Assembly (NCBI GenBank): GCA_036172245.1
Contig: JAYWIR010000038.1
Span: forward strand, 744,001-808,000
Reading direction: 5' to 3'
Length of the DNA: 64,000 bases
DNA from: Raillietiella orientalis
Taxonomy: Eukaryota
A program made the position numbers and the translations under genes. Position 1 is the first letter of the stretch; every line of letters begins with the position of its first letter. Of this stretch, positions 51,562 through 64,000 are shown piece after piece. Under the pieces are notes generated by a model that saw only the letters and a list, made by a program, of their open reading frames with translations, searched no databases and was not told where the DNA came from.

Positions 51562-54500
51562 GATTTTCCGAGCTTGCTTTTCCTGAGCCTTCCTTCCTCC
51601 CCCCCCCCTTGTCAGTGTGTCGCCAACATTCTTGGTTGTTCACTATTTGCTGTCAACTGTCTCCAGACTCACAGCAGAGACCAGCAACTGCAGCGCCGGT
51701 GAATTCTTCTCCACAAATCACCCACCCTCTGATCCAAGAATGCGTCGTGGACCAAAGTACATGCAGCACAGCAGAATGCATAGATGCGCGGCGTTGTGGA
51801 TTCAGCTGTTTCGTGACACACGAACTGAGTGGAACCAGGAGAGAGCCGTCTTGATGCCCAAGATTGGCGTCTGCTTACGAGCAGAGCTCCCAAATTTCGA
51901 TGCTCGCCAGAACTGGTGCAATCTGGTGTTCCGAAAGAACCTTTCCAGTGAGACTGTACTTCAGTCATGTACATGTACACTTTTTTCCATCCAGCAGTGG
52001 GAGTGAACCTCTCATTACTGAATGATTGTTTTCAGATCAGTGTTTTGCTTCCTTCGCATTTCATTTCTTGAATTACTCCGACCGCAAAATTTGACCTTTG
52101 GACACGTTTTGGATTCCAGGTTCGGGCTCCGCGGATGCTGGAATCGTTCGGTTCATTTTTCGATTCGCACACTTGGTCTCCTCTGCTGTTGCAGCACAAA
52201 ATTATCCTCAAAGATCTCTTACTTGATGCAGTTTCGATCTATTCGATTGAGCTGCCTCCTTTTCTTGAGCGTACCTCAGGCTTCCTCAAAGAAACATGTG
52301 TCCTTTTCTTTGGGGGGGGGGGGGGGGTTCCATTGCTCGTATTCGGAAGCATACCATTTGCATCTCACAGAATTTTAAATATCTTATTTGAAATTTTAGG
52401 CAACTTATAGACAGTCAACACCTGAAACGTATTTCATTCCTTCATATCTTATCACCACATGCAGGTGACTCTTCATCGTGACCAACCATTTCCTTATATG
52501 CTGTATTTCATATTACTTACACAATCCACGGTTTGGTTTATTTATCTGTTATTATTGCCCAAATTTGTAGGTCGTGTGTGTGGTTTAAACGTGTGCATCC
52601 ACCAGTGGTGAGCGCTCACCGATTATCGCAATGCAAAGGCAGTGCGTTGGCTCAGGACGAACTTGGAGATTCGCCTCTGAGCTGAAACGGATGCTCAGAG
52701 GAAACGAATGGAAATCAAATCCTCCAAGCGTGATCGAACACGCTCGGAGAAGTGCTTGGGAGAATGCTCATCCAAGAAGATGCAACCGCGGAAACCTCAC
52801 GAGCGTGTAATTTTCTTGCGTTCTCGGGGCTGGCAACGGAAGGCTCGCAGCCTCAGATCCAGAGCAGACAGTCGTGTTGGAGCCGTGATCAAAGGTCTGT
52901 GCCTAGAAGTCAAAGATGTTGGAGCGTGCAGATATCCTGAAATAGGAGTTTTACTCATCTGGTTGGTTATGCGCCGAACGACCACCGGGGGAGGTTATTT
53001 TCCAGTGGTGGAACAGCTAAAGAGCTCCGAAGAGAGAAGAGAGAGGTGAAACGGGGGGCTCTCCTTTCCGGCTGGACGCTTTCCGAAAAGCACGAAGTAA
53101 ATGCTTCAGACGTGGGAGGAAAACGATGACTGTCATTTCAACAACAAAACTGCCCTCAGACCTCACGATGGCCAAAATGCTCCTAGGTGCCTTTTGCTAA
53201 CCCTTGTCGAAAAGTTGCTTATCATGAATTATCTTTCCTCTCTTCACTTAGCTTGGATGCGCTCTGAGCTATCAGCTTTGGAGAGGAGAACGTTCACGGG
53301 CCCAGAGAACAAACATACTAGCGGCCTTCCCTTGTCGGAACTCTTCCACAGTGCGACAACCTGACGTCCTCAAGACCCAAGAGGTTACTTTACTTTACCG
53401 AAAAGTGGTCATCAGTGTGTCAGGGCTTCAAAAAAGCGCATCTAAGGGCTATTAAAATCCCACACACGAGGTATCGCTCTCAACCTTCCGGGGGAGAAGA
53501 CAACATGAATGCAGAACACGAAGAAAAAGAGAATGACGCACTCTTTGCTTTGTGCGAAGACGAGAGCGAAACAATCTTAGATTGGAAACCACTACCAGGG
53601 GTAGGGGCTTCCATTCAAACCCCACCAGAAGCAGTCATTCGACAAAAGTCCAAAAATGAGAGAAAGATGCTTGGGCCTATGTTGTCAGATAGGAGCTTTG
53701 TGCGAAGACGACGAGAAATGGCACGGCTCGAACCCTGGGCGCAGAGGCTGCGTCAAGACGAATTTAAAGTCACGCTGGACTATTGATCCGCAGGGCAGGA
53801 ATGCTAGGAAACGGAAACCCTCTGATATTCCACAGAAAGCAGGGGTCAGTTCGCGGAAGAAGGTCAAGTATTCATTCAGAAAGTCTCGTTTCACAAAGCA
53901 CATTTTCTCCAATCATCTTCCAGTGATTCTTATCTGGTCATTTTTTGCACCTTTCTTCTCATGCGCGGTCAGTAGATTTCAAAGACGTCATCCCATGCAG
54001 AATCAAAGGAACGTCAAGTTTCTGTCTTAGAAGAATCATATCGAAAAACTCGTTTCTTTCATCATATGCATGTTGCTTTGACCCATATTCTGATTCAATC
54101 AGAAAATTTGAGTAATAAGAATTCGTCGTGAAAATTATCTCTGATCTCTTAAACGCATACTTCCCTTTCTCGGTGTTGCTGTCATAATTGAAAAATCAAG
54201 TCGCAATCCCTTATCAGAAGCGGGATGACTCGATCATAACCTTAGAATAATTGAATAATCAGACTGTACTGTCCTAGACTCTGAAGATGATAAATTTGAA
54301 TATTTACATCTCTGGCATTCCTGATTAAACTTACAAATTAAGTTTTCAGTTTACTACGTCAGTCCACTCACTCTAAACAAGCTCAGTTCTCCTCAAACTA
54401 AGAGCAATGTCAATATGCAGAAAACAGCTTAAACGGCGATATCGTTTGGACGAAGGAGATATTGAGAGGTCAATATTGAGCTGTCACTAGCTTCTTTGAA

Positions 54501-57084
54501 CTCATTTCAATCTACATTAGAGTATCAGAGTTTCTCGAATTACTTTTCACGAACTTGTCTCTTTGCAGCTGAATTTTCAGTTTTAAATGCTGCAGCTAAG
54601 TATTTAATCCGTTTATCTGCTATCACTGACTCCTACGTAATGATGCTCAGTTCTATCTCACCTATGACCGGCCTCAAGTAAAGCTACCGACCTCAGAGGA
54701 TCACAAGTGCAGTTGTTATTATTATTATTATAATTTTTTTATCAATAACATCTCTTCACTGCAGTTTCGGAAAGTGTGTACTTTCAGAAGAAGAAAAAAT
54801 GAAAGCAACTGTCATTTGAATCTTTTTGCTTTCCGTGATCCAAGCATGAAAGCACTTTGTTTCTAGAAATTAACAAGTAGCTGACTCTTCAATCACAGAA
54901 CTCTTAAGAGTAAAAGTGAATTGAGTATTAGAGAATATTACCAACAGTAAAACTGGACTGAGTATCAGAGATGTTAAAAACGTTCATTCTTTAAATTTAA
55001 AAGTGCAATTTTTCCTACGAATCTACTAAGAAGATATCCAATCTTTTGTATGTCACATTGACGGAACTTGGTATTCATGCAGCGGAAATGGACAAATATC
55101 GCGAGCGACGCATTCTACTTGTTACGCATGTTTTTCACACATGTTCCATTTTTCCCCGACTACTTCATCAGATAGCCACTTTTCAGAATTTCCATTACAT
55201 CAGATAAGTATCCTACCACACGCTCATAAGTTACGTACGAAATTAATTACTTCAAGACTCATTTAAAGGATTATTAAGCTACATATTTATAGTGAATTTT
55301 TCTAACATCTATTGGTTTTATGTAATACGAAAAAAATCCATTAATACGTCTAGGATATATTTTCGCTCACATTTCTCTTCATTTATGTTCATGTCGTTAA
55401 GCAAAGGAATTTAGTTAAACCTTGTCAAATATTTACAAATGAATATGAATTGCAAATGTTTTTCGCTCTTGGAAAAAGTTCTTCAGCAATCAAAAGATTG
55501 GTATACATTCAAAATTCTTATCTTGATCCAGGATAGAAATCATGACTCGTTATTAGAATTCAACTCAATTTCTTTCAATATAGTTGTATTACCATGAACT
55601 TGAAATGCGTAATAGTTTTTTTCCGGAAGAGTAGAGGTTGAGTTCGTATTTCTCAGGAATGCATTAATTAAATGCAAATCAAAGGTTTGAGAAACCTCAT
55701 GAAACTCTACGTCGGTCCACTAAAGAATTATTTCTAGCAAAATATTTCTGGATCCTAGTTCATTTTCTCCACAAGCGATAACAGCTCTCGGGTACCAGCA
55801 TTTTGTATTAAAAGGCATTCCTCAGTGATTCCTTCATAACAATATTAATGCTGATCATTGGATAAAGATGTGCTCCTGTAAAGAAATTCACATGCATGGT
55901 TTTCCAAATTCGGCATAGATCCAAGATGTGAGCCTCCAATATGCTGTTGCAGTAACATGTATTAATAACATACATTAGTGACAAATAACATATATTAATT
56001 TTCAGATCGAATCATCTGTGCAAGTCCCTGGGTAAAAGGTCTCATCTAAATAACTTTGGGAACTTCAAAACACGTCGTATTAACATTTAATTTGTATTGT
56101 GCTACTTTCGGTAAAGACGTTTGTCCAACCTCAGTTAAAACTTCAACAAAAGAAATTTTTAGCGCTGTCAATAAGTCAAGTCATATGGAATTCCTATTCT
56201 TATTAATAGTACGACAATTTGCGCTAGTTTCAATTCATTTATTTAATGGCAGTGTTTCTTCCAGGTAAAATTTCACTAAGTTTCTATGGGTCAGCTGAAC
56301 TCTGCGATTTTCATATACTTGAGGTGGTATAAAAGCAGTAACTGCGTATAGCATTATCGAGCTTATATTGATAATGCATGAAAAATCTACTGCAGTCAGG
56401 GGTCAGGTGTCCTTTGACCGAAAAATCTACTAGCAAAGTTAATCTTTCAAGAAATTTGCGAGCAACAAATAAAACATCAATCAGTAATATCAGACAAAAC
56501 AAAAATCAAATCAAGGAAGCATATTGATCTCACATCAGTGCTTTAATACCACAAAAATCCTGATGCCGATTCCAGTGGAAAAGCTCAAGGCGAATGGTGA
56601 AAATACTGTGATAATAACCAAATTATGGTACTATGTATTTTGGAAATGCATCAACAAGGATGGAAAATCAAAGAAGAGCTCCTTATTGATCTCTGCTTAT
56701 GTTCATTTCGAAACTAAGCTCTGCATTCTTGAAAAAAATAAACTATAAAATAAAATCTGAGGGATGGTACTTGGTAAAAAATCTGGGTTTGAAGAATGCA
56801 TTAATCGTGCATCATTATTCATGTGCATTGATCCACGTTCACATCCAATTCATAATATAATAACATATTCTATATTTAATAATGTGCGAATTACATCATA
56901 AGAGAAACGAAAGTTGATGAATGAGAATATGTCTACTGATTATTTATTTAGTCCATTTTTATTATTAGAAACTTATTTTTAATAATTTTGTAATTTAAGC
57001 TATTGGTATCCCTTGGCGTGTTGGTATCAAGTCATTCTGAAGTATTAAATTTATTAGGTTGCAGTCATATGTTGAAACTTTAAA

Positions 57085-59912
57085 ATGGTAAGCTCCAAGT
57101 GTTTACTAATGAAAATATGAGTCATGAGTGTCAGTTGATACCTTTCTTATGGAACTTCACGATTTTTGAGGAAAAATGTGTGCTTACATAAAGGCAGTTG
57201 TAATAAATTGCATATCATTGCTTTATATTAATTTTTTGATTCATATAAAGCCATTCATAAACCATTCTCTTTTAGATTTTGCGGGTGTTTACTCCGAATG
57301 GTAACTTTAGAATTGAGATAGGGTATCAAGAAGCCACCAGCGTTCTATTTGAAAAGGTAATGATTGGAGATTTTTTGCTGTTTCTTTGTTCAATGTTTGT
57401 TTGAATTAAGCATTTTTTACTAATGATGGTAATTTTCTTGAATCTAGTGTTTCTTTCAATGTACATCCATGGATTTTAATCTCATTTCGACATAAAAAGT
57501 TTTCCAATCCTGCTCTGCAGTATCAATTCAACCATGTTTATTTGAAGCTGCAAAGAATCAAATGCACCAATCTGAAAACTAGAAACAAAAACAGGGACTG
57601 TTTGCTTCAGTATTGGATAGCTTTTAAATCTGAATTTGATCAGGGCATTTGATAATGCTGTAATATTTTGTTATTACCCCTACAGTTTGTATAAAGCTTG
57701 TGTAAAAATTTTGTATTGTGGGACTGCATTATGAGGAAGTTATGATTGATTATCTTTTCAACCACACTACAGTTTTGCAGTAGAAATTACACGAATTTAT
57801 ATACTTTGATGTGAACAAGCGTTATAGTGATGCATGTTACCTGTTCATTCCTGAGTTTGTTTTTCATGATGATAGTGTATGTTCCTTTTCCATCATTTCT
57901 TTAAACCCGTATTAAGATTTCTTATCCTGGAAAATGTAATTTTTTGCATAGTTAAGGCCCCAAACTTCTAAAGCTGATCATTTATTTTGACTGAATTTGA
58001 GATTCTGTGTTATTATATATCGATATAAAATGGAAATTTGTTAAATGATATTGTTGCCATTGTATTGTATGCTTTTGGAGCTGTCGTTTACAGTTTTTAT
58101 TATTTCACAAAGATTTTGGAATAGTGAATGTGAGAATTATTCAAAGTGAGAATGAAAATTCTAGGTGAGAATTATTTGTGTGATAGTTTACAGAAATGTG
58201 CAAAACCAAGTCGAAATTTCACTTTCATAATTCTTGGATATCTTCCTCTGCTTCATAATACCAAAAATAAAAGTGTTATATTATTACTTAGATCCTGGAA
58301 AGGTGTATGCAGGCATTATTTTTTTATGTAGGATTTTTGTGTAGCCATGAAATTCAATTGTAGAATTTTGAAAAATATTTTATCCATTTCACAGATGTAA
58401 TAGCAATAAGTGTCGTTCTTCATCAATTCCTTGTTTTGCATTGTAAATGATTTCACATGTTAACCAACCACAATTCCAACTTTGTTTCTAAAGTTTTCAT
58501 TTTGACAATTGGTATTATTTGTAGGTATCCATTTTCATAAAAGTGATACCTACAAAGATACATTTGTTGCCCATTTCAATTCACTTGTCATTAGGGTATC
58601 AACACATATGTTTTCAGTTCAATAAAATAAAATTTTCAGTCAGCTTTTATTTCTCATGATCTCGAATAAATTAGGCACCATGAGCAATAGTTTTCATCAG
58701 GGGAAAGCTGAAAATTTCATCTGAAGAATGGAGCTGTAATTCTGAATATGTATAATTGAAGCAATTTAATTGTTTTATGATAAATGATCAACTTGATGAG
58801 ACTGATCTAAACAATCACAAAATTTTTTGTGAATTATTGATTGCCTGTTATGTACTTTTATTTCCATGCTTTACTCCAAAATTGTGATCTAAGGTTGCAA
58901 GTGTGCAAGACATTTATGTTATCCTTTGCCTCTTTTGCTTTTAAGTGCTGGTAATATCATTTCTTACAAGCTATTAGTTTATGAACATGAGTGAGTTTGG
59001 AATGAAGCAGACAATCAGTAGCATTGAAACAGTAATACACTGAATGAAACACAGGATAGTACAGTACCAGAGGAACAGATGGACCACACACAGATTTTTG
59101 AAAAAAATTCTCAAGATACGATTAAAAGCTGTCATTAAATCAATTAAAAGTTGCTCAGTTGTATTTTTCAATTAATAATGGGAAGCTGATTACTGCTTGT
59201 CTATCATATGTTTTTTAAAAGATATTGTCTGGTAATTATCTGTTCAATCAGTCCATTATCAAAACATGAATTGATTATTTATTTTAAAGCAAGCAAAATT
59301 TCCGAGATTACTTGTGTGCACATCACTTCTTATTTGGACAGTTTGCTCCCTTGTTCCATGTATTGTTAATAGAAAATGGGTGCATGTGAAGAATTATGTA
59401 AGATTCACTCTATCAAAGTGAACATCTGTTATTTGATATACGTTTTATGTTTCATTTATAATGTACATGAAATGTCATTTACAACAGATTTGTTAAAGCT
59501 TTTTGTTTTGTTTGAGCAGGATAGCAGTTATCATTTTATGGCTCAATAAAACTGACTGCTTTAATACTTGAAAAGATGTTCCCTGTTTAGTAGTTAGGCA
59601 TAAGAGTTACATGTTAATTCTTGCCAGAAAGTTAAAAAGAACACCATAAAAAGAACACATTAATTGTCAGATTTAGTTGGAGTTTTGTGTTTTTCACTTT
59701 TATGACTTTCAGTTGTTATGCATTAATTTGAATATGAATTGATTTGATCTTCATAATTCAATGAGAAATGATTTTGTACTGTGACCCTATTTTTTCATGA
59801 TGTGAATAATTTCAGATTTATGAACAGCTAAAGTTGGACAGTTTCGACTTTAGTTTGTATAAGGATGTAAACAGGAAGAAAAGTATATATTCATCTAAAA
59901 ATACAACCATTG
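57085..59912 (+). CDS. NPL4: Probable NPL4 (nuclear protein localization protein 4) N-terminal ubiquitin-like domain, 3'-partial
   Basis: Exons 57085-57087 (ATG|gtaagc), 57276-57356 and 59816-59912 give M-ILRVFTPNGNFRIEIGYQEATSVLFEK-IYEQLKLDSFDFSLYKDVNRKKSIYSSKNTTI, resembling the NPL4 N-terminus (IRVxSxxGxxRI...FSxYxxRN...S). The expected LKHGD exon was not found, so the gene probably continues beyond the window. These exons are not in the ORF track. Confidence 0.7.
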
Positions 59913-62900
59913 GTAAATAAACAACTTATTTTTATGTTTTATTTGATAAAATTACAGCATTTTAGTATTCTTGCAAAAATTATTTTGAATGTAAGATTAC
60001 ATTTTTTAAGTTATATGTTGAAATAATTTCTGCCTCACAAGTAAATTATTTTGCATATGTGTTATTATTGTGCAGACAACTCTACTTAAAGTATTTAAAG
60101 CATAAACATAATGGTCTCAATGTGAACTTGGTTTCAGTTTTTATTTAAATATTTATATAAAGAAGTATACATTTTTACTTGGCAACTTTTAAATATATTC
60201 TTATTAATGGTTGCCCATAAGAATTAGACTGCTTGTAATGTTGTCAATATTTTTTCTTCCATAATTTTTGTCCATGATTTGAAATCCGACGTAAATTGAG
60301 TACTGATGTGCTTTTCATATTTTTTCGTCTTAGTTTTGAATTAGGGATGACTTTTAATTATTTACACTCACAATATATATTGAACGTAATTATGTTTGCT
60401 ATGTATGCATTTTTCATTTTAAAAAGTTCATGAAATCATGAAGCCTACTTTTTGCTTAATTTCAGTAAAAATTTTCTTTAGCTACTGGATAACAAGTAAC
60501 TTGTGGTGCATGATACATATGATCATAGGGTCTACCCATTTGTATACTGTGATTCTAAAAATTCAACTTTAATCACTATTTGTTGCAAGAGGTGTGATAG
60601 TAACAGTTGAAATTTAAGAATTTGAAACTGCTAAAGTTCTTTAAGGAATGTAGGAGAGTTTTTTTTTTAACAAATGATAATCTTATCGCTAATTTGAACT
60701 GAAAAAATGATTACAATAATTGTAGGATAAGAAGGCAAACCAACCATTTTTTTTGGTTTTCTCTTCGTTCCTTGGTTTCACTTGATCCCCCACACCATGC
60801 TATAAACCCTAAGAAGTAGGCTTTAAACCCATTTCGTGGGTTTTCAAGCTTGCATGGTCATTATGAAAGTGAGATTAAAACAAATTGTATTTTTTTTTTT
60901 TTTAAAGAAAATTCACGTAATTTAGCAAAGGAAGGTGGAAGGAAGCATCCAAATCTGATAGGATGAAAACCATTAAAAAGTTCAAGAACAAAAAATCATG
61001 TCCATTGATAATGTAAACGAATGTATTTTAATTATTTTGAAATCAAATTTCGATTTATCCGAAGGCACTATGAGATGTGGGCCGTTGCTAAAGGATTTTT
61101 CTTAATTGAGCAGATATATGCGTATTCTATATCTAGATGGTAAGAAAACTGTCTGGTTAACGTTAAGTGGAAGTCGCTCCATAATTTATTTGGGAAGTAT
61201 TTCTCTTAGAACCAGTGGCAATTCCATCCAAACGAGGATGGAATTCAAAAGATTCAGTAGTAAGCTCGTTGCTAATCAGTAGTGAGAGACGAGTTCATCA
61301 CCACTATCAGAGAGATGAATGCCATCAAGATGAAACCTTTATCTTCGGGTATGAATGTAGAATACGAGAACGTAAACAGAATCAAAGTGACGACTGCAGC
61401 TGAGAATGCCGAGGAATTTCACAGCGTAAGTCCGAAGGCAAATTCGAATTGAAGCCATTCGGCGGCAGGAATTCCTCAAGATCAATGAAATTATGTTGGA
61501 CAGTGGATTCTGAGACACCAGTACTTCAGTCAAGCATCGTATGTTTCTGCGATGTTGGGCACGGTTCAGGAGTAGATAAAGAGGTTAGACCTCCACAACC
61601 CAGCTGCAGTGATTTCTCAGTTGCGATAAAAGTGGACTGGGGATCAGGAAAACGAGATGCCAAGTTCCAGCTTGATGGCCACGATTGCTTTTAAGCATTT
61701 CATCAAAAAGAAAGAAAGAAAAAATCATCATCTGAACAGCAGAAGAGAGAAGTGGAAATGGATAAGAGATCAATTGGTTTTTAGAAAGGATTCGTTACCA
61801 TATAGACGAAGTATGCCATGGAGAGCTAATCTTGAAGATGATTGAACAATCCATAAGAAAAAATTGTAAAGGGACTATTAAAAACCCATATAATACTTGT
61901 TAAAGCGTGCAAAGTACGTTCTGTTAAGATGGTCTGTACGTTCTGTTAGTGAAGGAAATTCTAAGATGCGATCGGTGAAAATAGTGCTCGAAATTGCATA
62001 AATGAGAGAAGGAATTTAACGAAGAAAGGTTGAAGTCTCCGAAGACAGCGTGGTAATGGTGCTTCTATTTGCTCCAAGATTACATGGCGGTCTTGGAGCA
62101 AAACCAGCGTGTATGGTGGTTTTGTATTCATGCTGGTTTTGCAGAAAATCTGTGATGGTGTACTTTCTCCCTTAAGGACAGTCATTTCACGAAGTATTGG
62201 ATGTTTGAGAATGAATTTTTGAATATCTTTATTCAAAATGTGCTGGATGATTTTTACATGGAAGTATTGCAGGAGTTGAGGGGGAGGGGAAAGGATCATA
62301 GGACCCAGAGTAGCAGGTAGAATTCTGATCTTTCAAGCACTCTTCATAATAACAAGCGACCAGAAGCTTTATCGGAAATAGATCATGATATCGAATTCAA
62401 AAGTGATCCAAGGTCTTTCAAGATAATTACCTCTTTCATTTTTAATTAGGGTGTGCAATGTCATGTGATGGCAAAAAAAAGTCATGTCGTTTTCTTCATT
62501 CCCGCCTCTGTCACGCTTTAGTTTTCAGAATTTCAATTTCAAATGGTGAAGGTTACCAAAGGAAAAAAGAAAGAACGAAGGAATGAAAAAGAGAGACTTA
62601 CACAGTCTGTTAAAAAGAGAGGATGCTGAATTTCATCAGGAACGATTTCCCCAGCACGTTTAGAGGCACCTTAGGGTGTCTCGTGGAGACGAAATAGCGA
62701 CTCATGTGCCAAATGCTTCCGATTTGCAATAACAAATTCAACGAAAAGGAAAACTTTAAAAAGATTGTCTTTTAAAAAGGGAAAAAAAATGTATGGAACA
62801 TTTTTTTTTAAAAAAAAAAATAGCAGTGGATAGCAATGAACACCTTTTTTTTCCATTGTTTTGAATAGTGAAAAAAGCGAGTTCATGAATGGGAAGTTGC

Positions 62901-64000
62901 CCATGGTGTTATCATTTCTTAGCATGCAGTCATCTTTCAGTTGAGAGGTGGACTGTGTGAACTGTCCTCACTATGCAAGCCTATGTATGGATGTAGTCAC
63001 CTTCGCGTATTCAAGCAAAGAGAGAAGTGTTGCAAGAGAAGATTTACTAAGAGCTGTAACTACCTACTGCCTACCCATGTCTAATTACATGAATAAGGAG
63101 CAAAACGGCAAGTTGTAAAGAACGTCGGGTTGCAGAAAAAGGAGACCGTCATAGATCCAATAGGGATCAATATAAGAGTACTTTTCGTTCGATTCGTAAG
63201 TTATTATTGGACTGTTTTTCCATAAATTCCAGAGATTCCGAAAACAGTGCTGAAACCCAGAATGGAAACATTTGTCTGGCGATTCCTCAAATCCTGAGAA
63301 TCGCAAATCCTTGGGGCACTGCGAGCTCGGTTTTCGTAACAGGCAATCAAGGGCTCAGGTCAAAATTTATCGAATCGAAAACCGAGCGGTTCTTTCGTTT
63401 TCATTTGCAATTATCATTCAAGGTGCACTTCACCACGCAGAAGACCGCACGTTCGAGGATCTTTGATTAATGGGTTCGTTTCGTTTATGAATTTTTAAAT
63501 CTGTAGTTCGCCCCGCATTCGGAGATGATTGCTGTCGATTGCATATCTAATGAAACCAACTCATTCCTCGATGCACTCATCCTTGTCATGTGAGCGGCAT
63601 CAGTTTAGTTCAGAACTGCCTTGTCATGTTTTTGCCTTGTGTGTTTCGTAGATGGCACACCTTCCGTAAAGTATGAAGTTACGAAGTCAGCTGATTGCCT
63701 GTGTTATATGAAGGATTATTGCACTTAGTTGAATTGGAATCGAAAGTTATTCTTCATGAATGGGTTCTGGTACAGTTTTTTTTTCTGTGGAGGGCAGATT
63801 GCGTCTTTCCTCCTCCGCTTACTCACAGCAGACTCGGAATGCTTCGGCCAGCATTGCTTCTTATCAGCGCAGTTCTGTTCTCTTCAGGGCCCAGCACAAG
63901 AAACATATTCCCATTCCCTGTAGTAAATTTGAAGTGCCTCCTTTTCAATTTCAACTCCAGCATGGCTTCATCCATCCTGTTTTCCAAGACTTGCTGGATA

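Noticed and set aside
54240..56750. Short exon-like stretches (for example LRAMSICRKQLKRRYRLDEGDIE, AWFSKFGIDPRCEPPICCC)
   Set aside because: No consistent gene model or recognisable homology could be assembled.

Overview
Eukaryotic (arthropod-like, probably pancrustacean) genomic DNA with spliceosomal introns, not a prokaryotic locus. From left to right: the 3' ~18 kb of a Nipped-B/NIPBL cohesin-loader gene (+, 5' end outside the window); Mediator subunit 8 (+); a convergent 126-aa profilin (-); a candidate divergent CUB-like gene (+); a strongly GC/CpG-rich block (~25-50 kb) holding a complete Mmp1-type matrix metalloproteinase (-), with two copies of a tRNA-SINE-like repeat in its introns; a non-LTR retrotransposon 3' fragment; and the 5' exons of a probable NPL4 gene (+) that runs out of the window. 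Most long ORFs in the ORF track between 25 and 50 kb are GC-content artefacts. The most notable observations are many very short introns (34-55 nt), a likely GC-AG intron, a candidate antisense gene nested in a Nipped-B intron, the CUB-like orphan, and splice/sequence oddities in MED8 and the MMP. I see no clear evidence of a wholly new system. Gene models were assembled by eye from splice signals and reading frame, and homology calls rest on remembered family motifs, not database searches.
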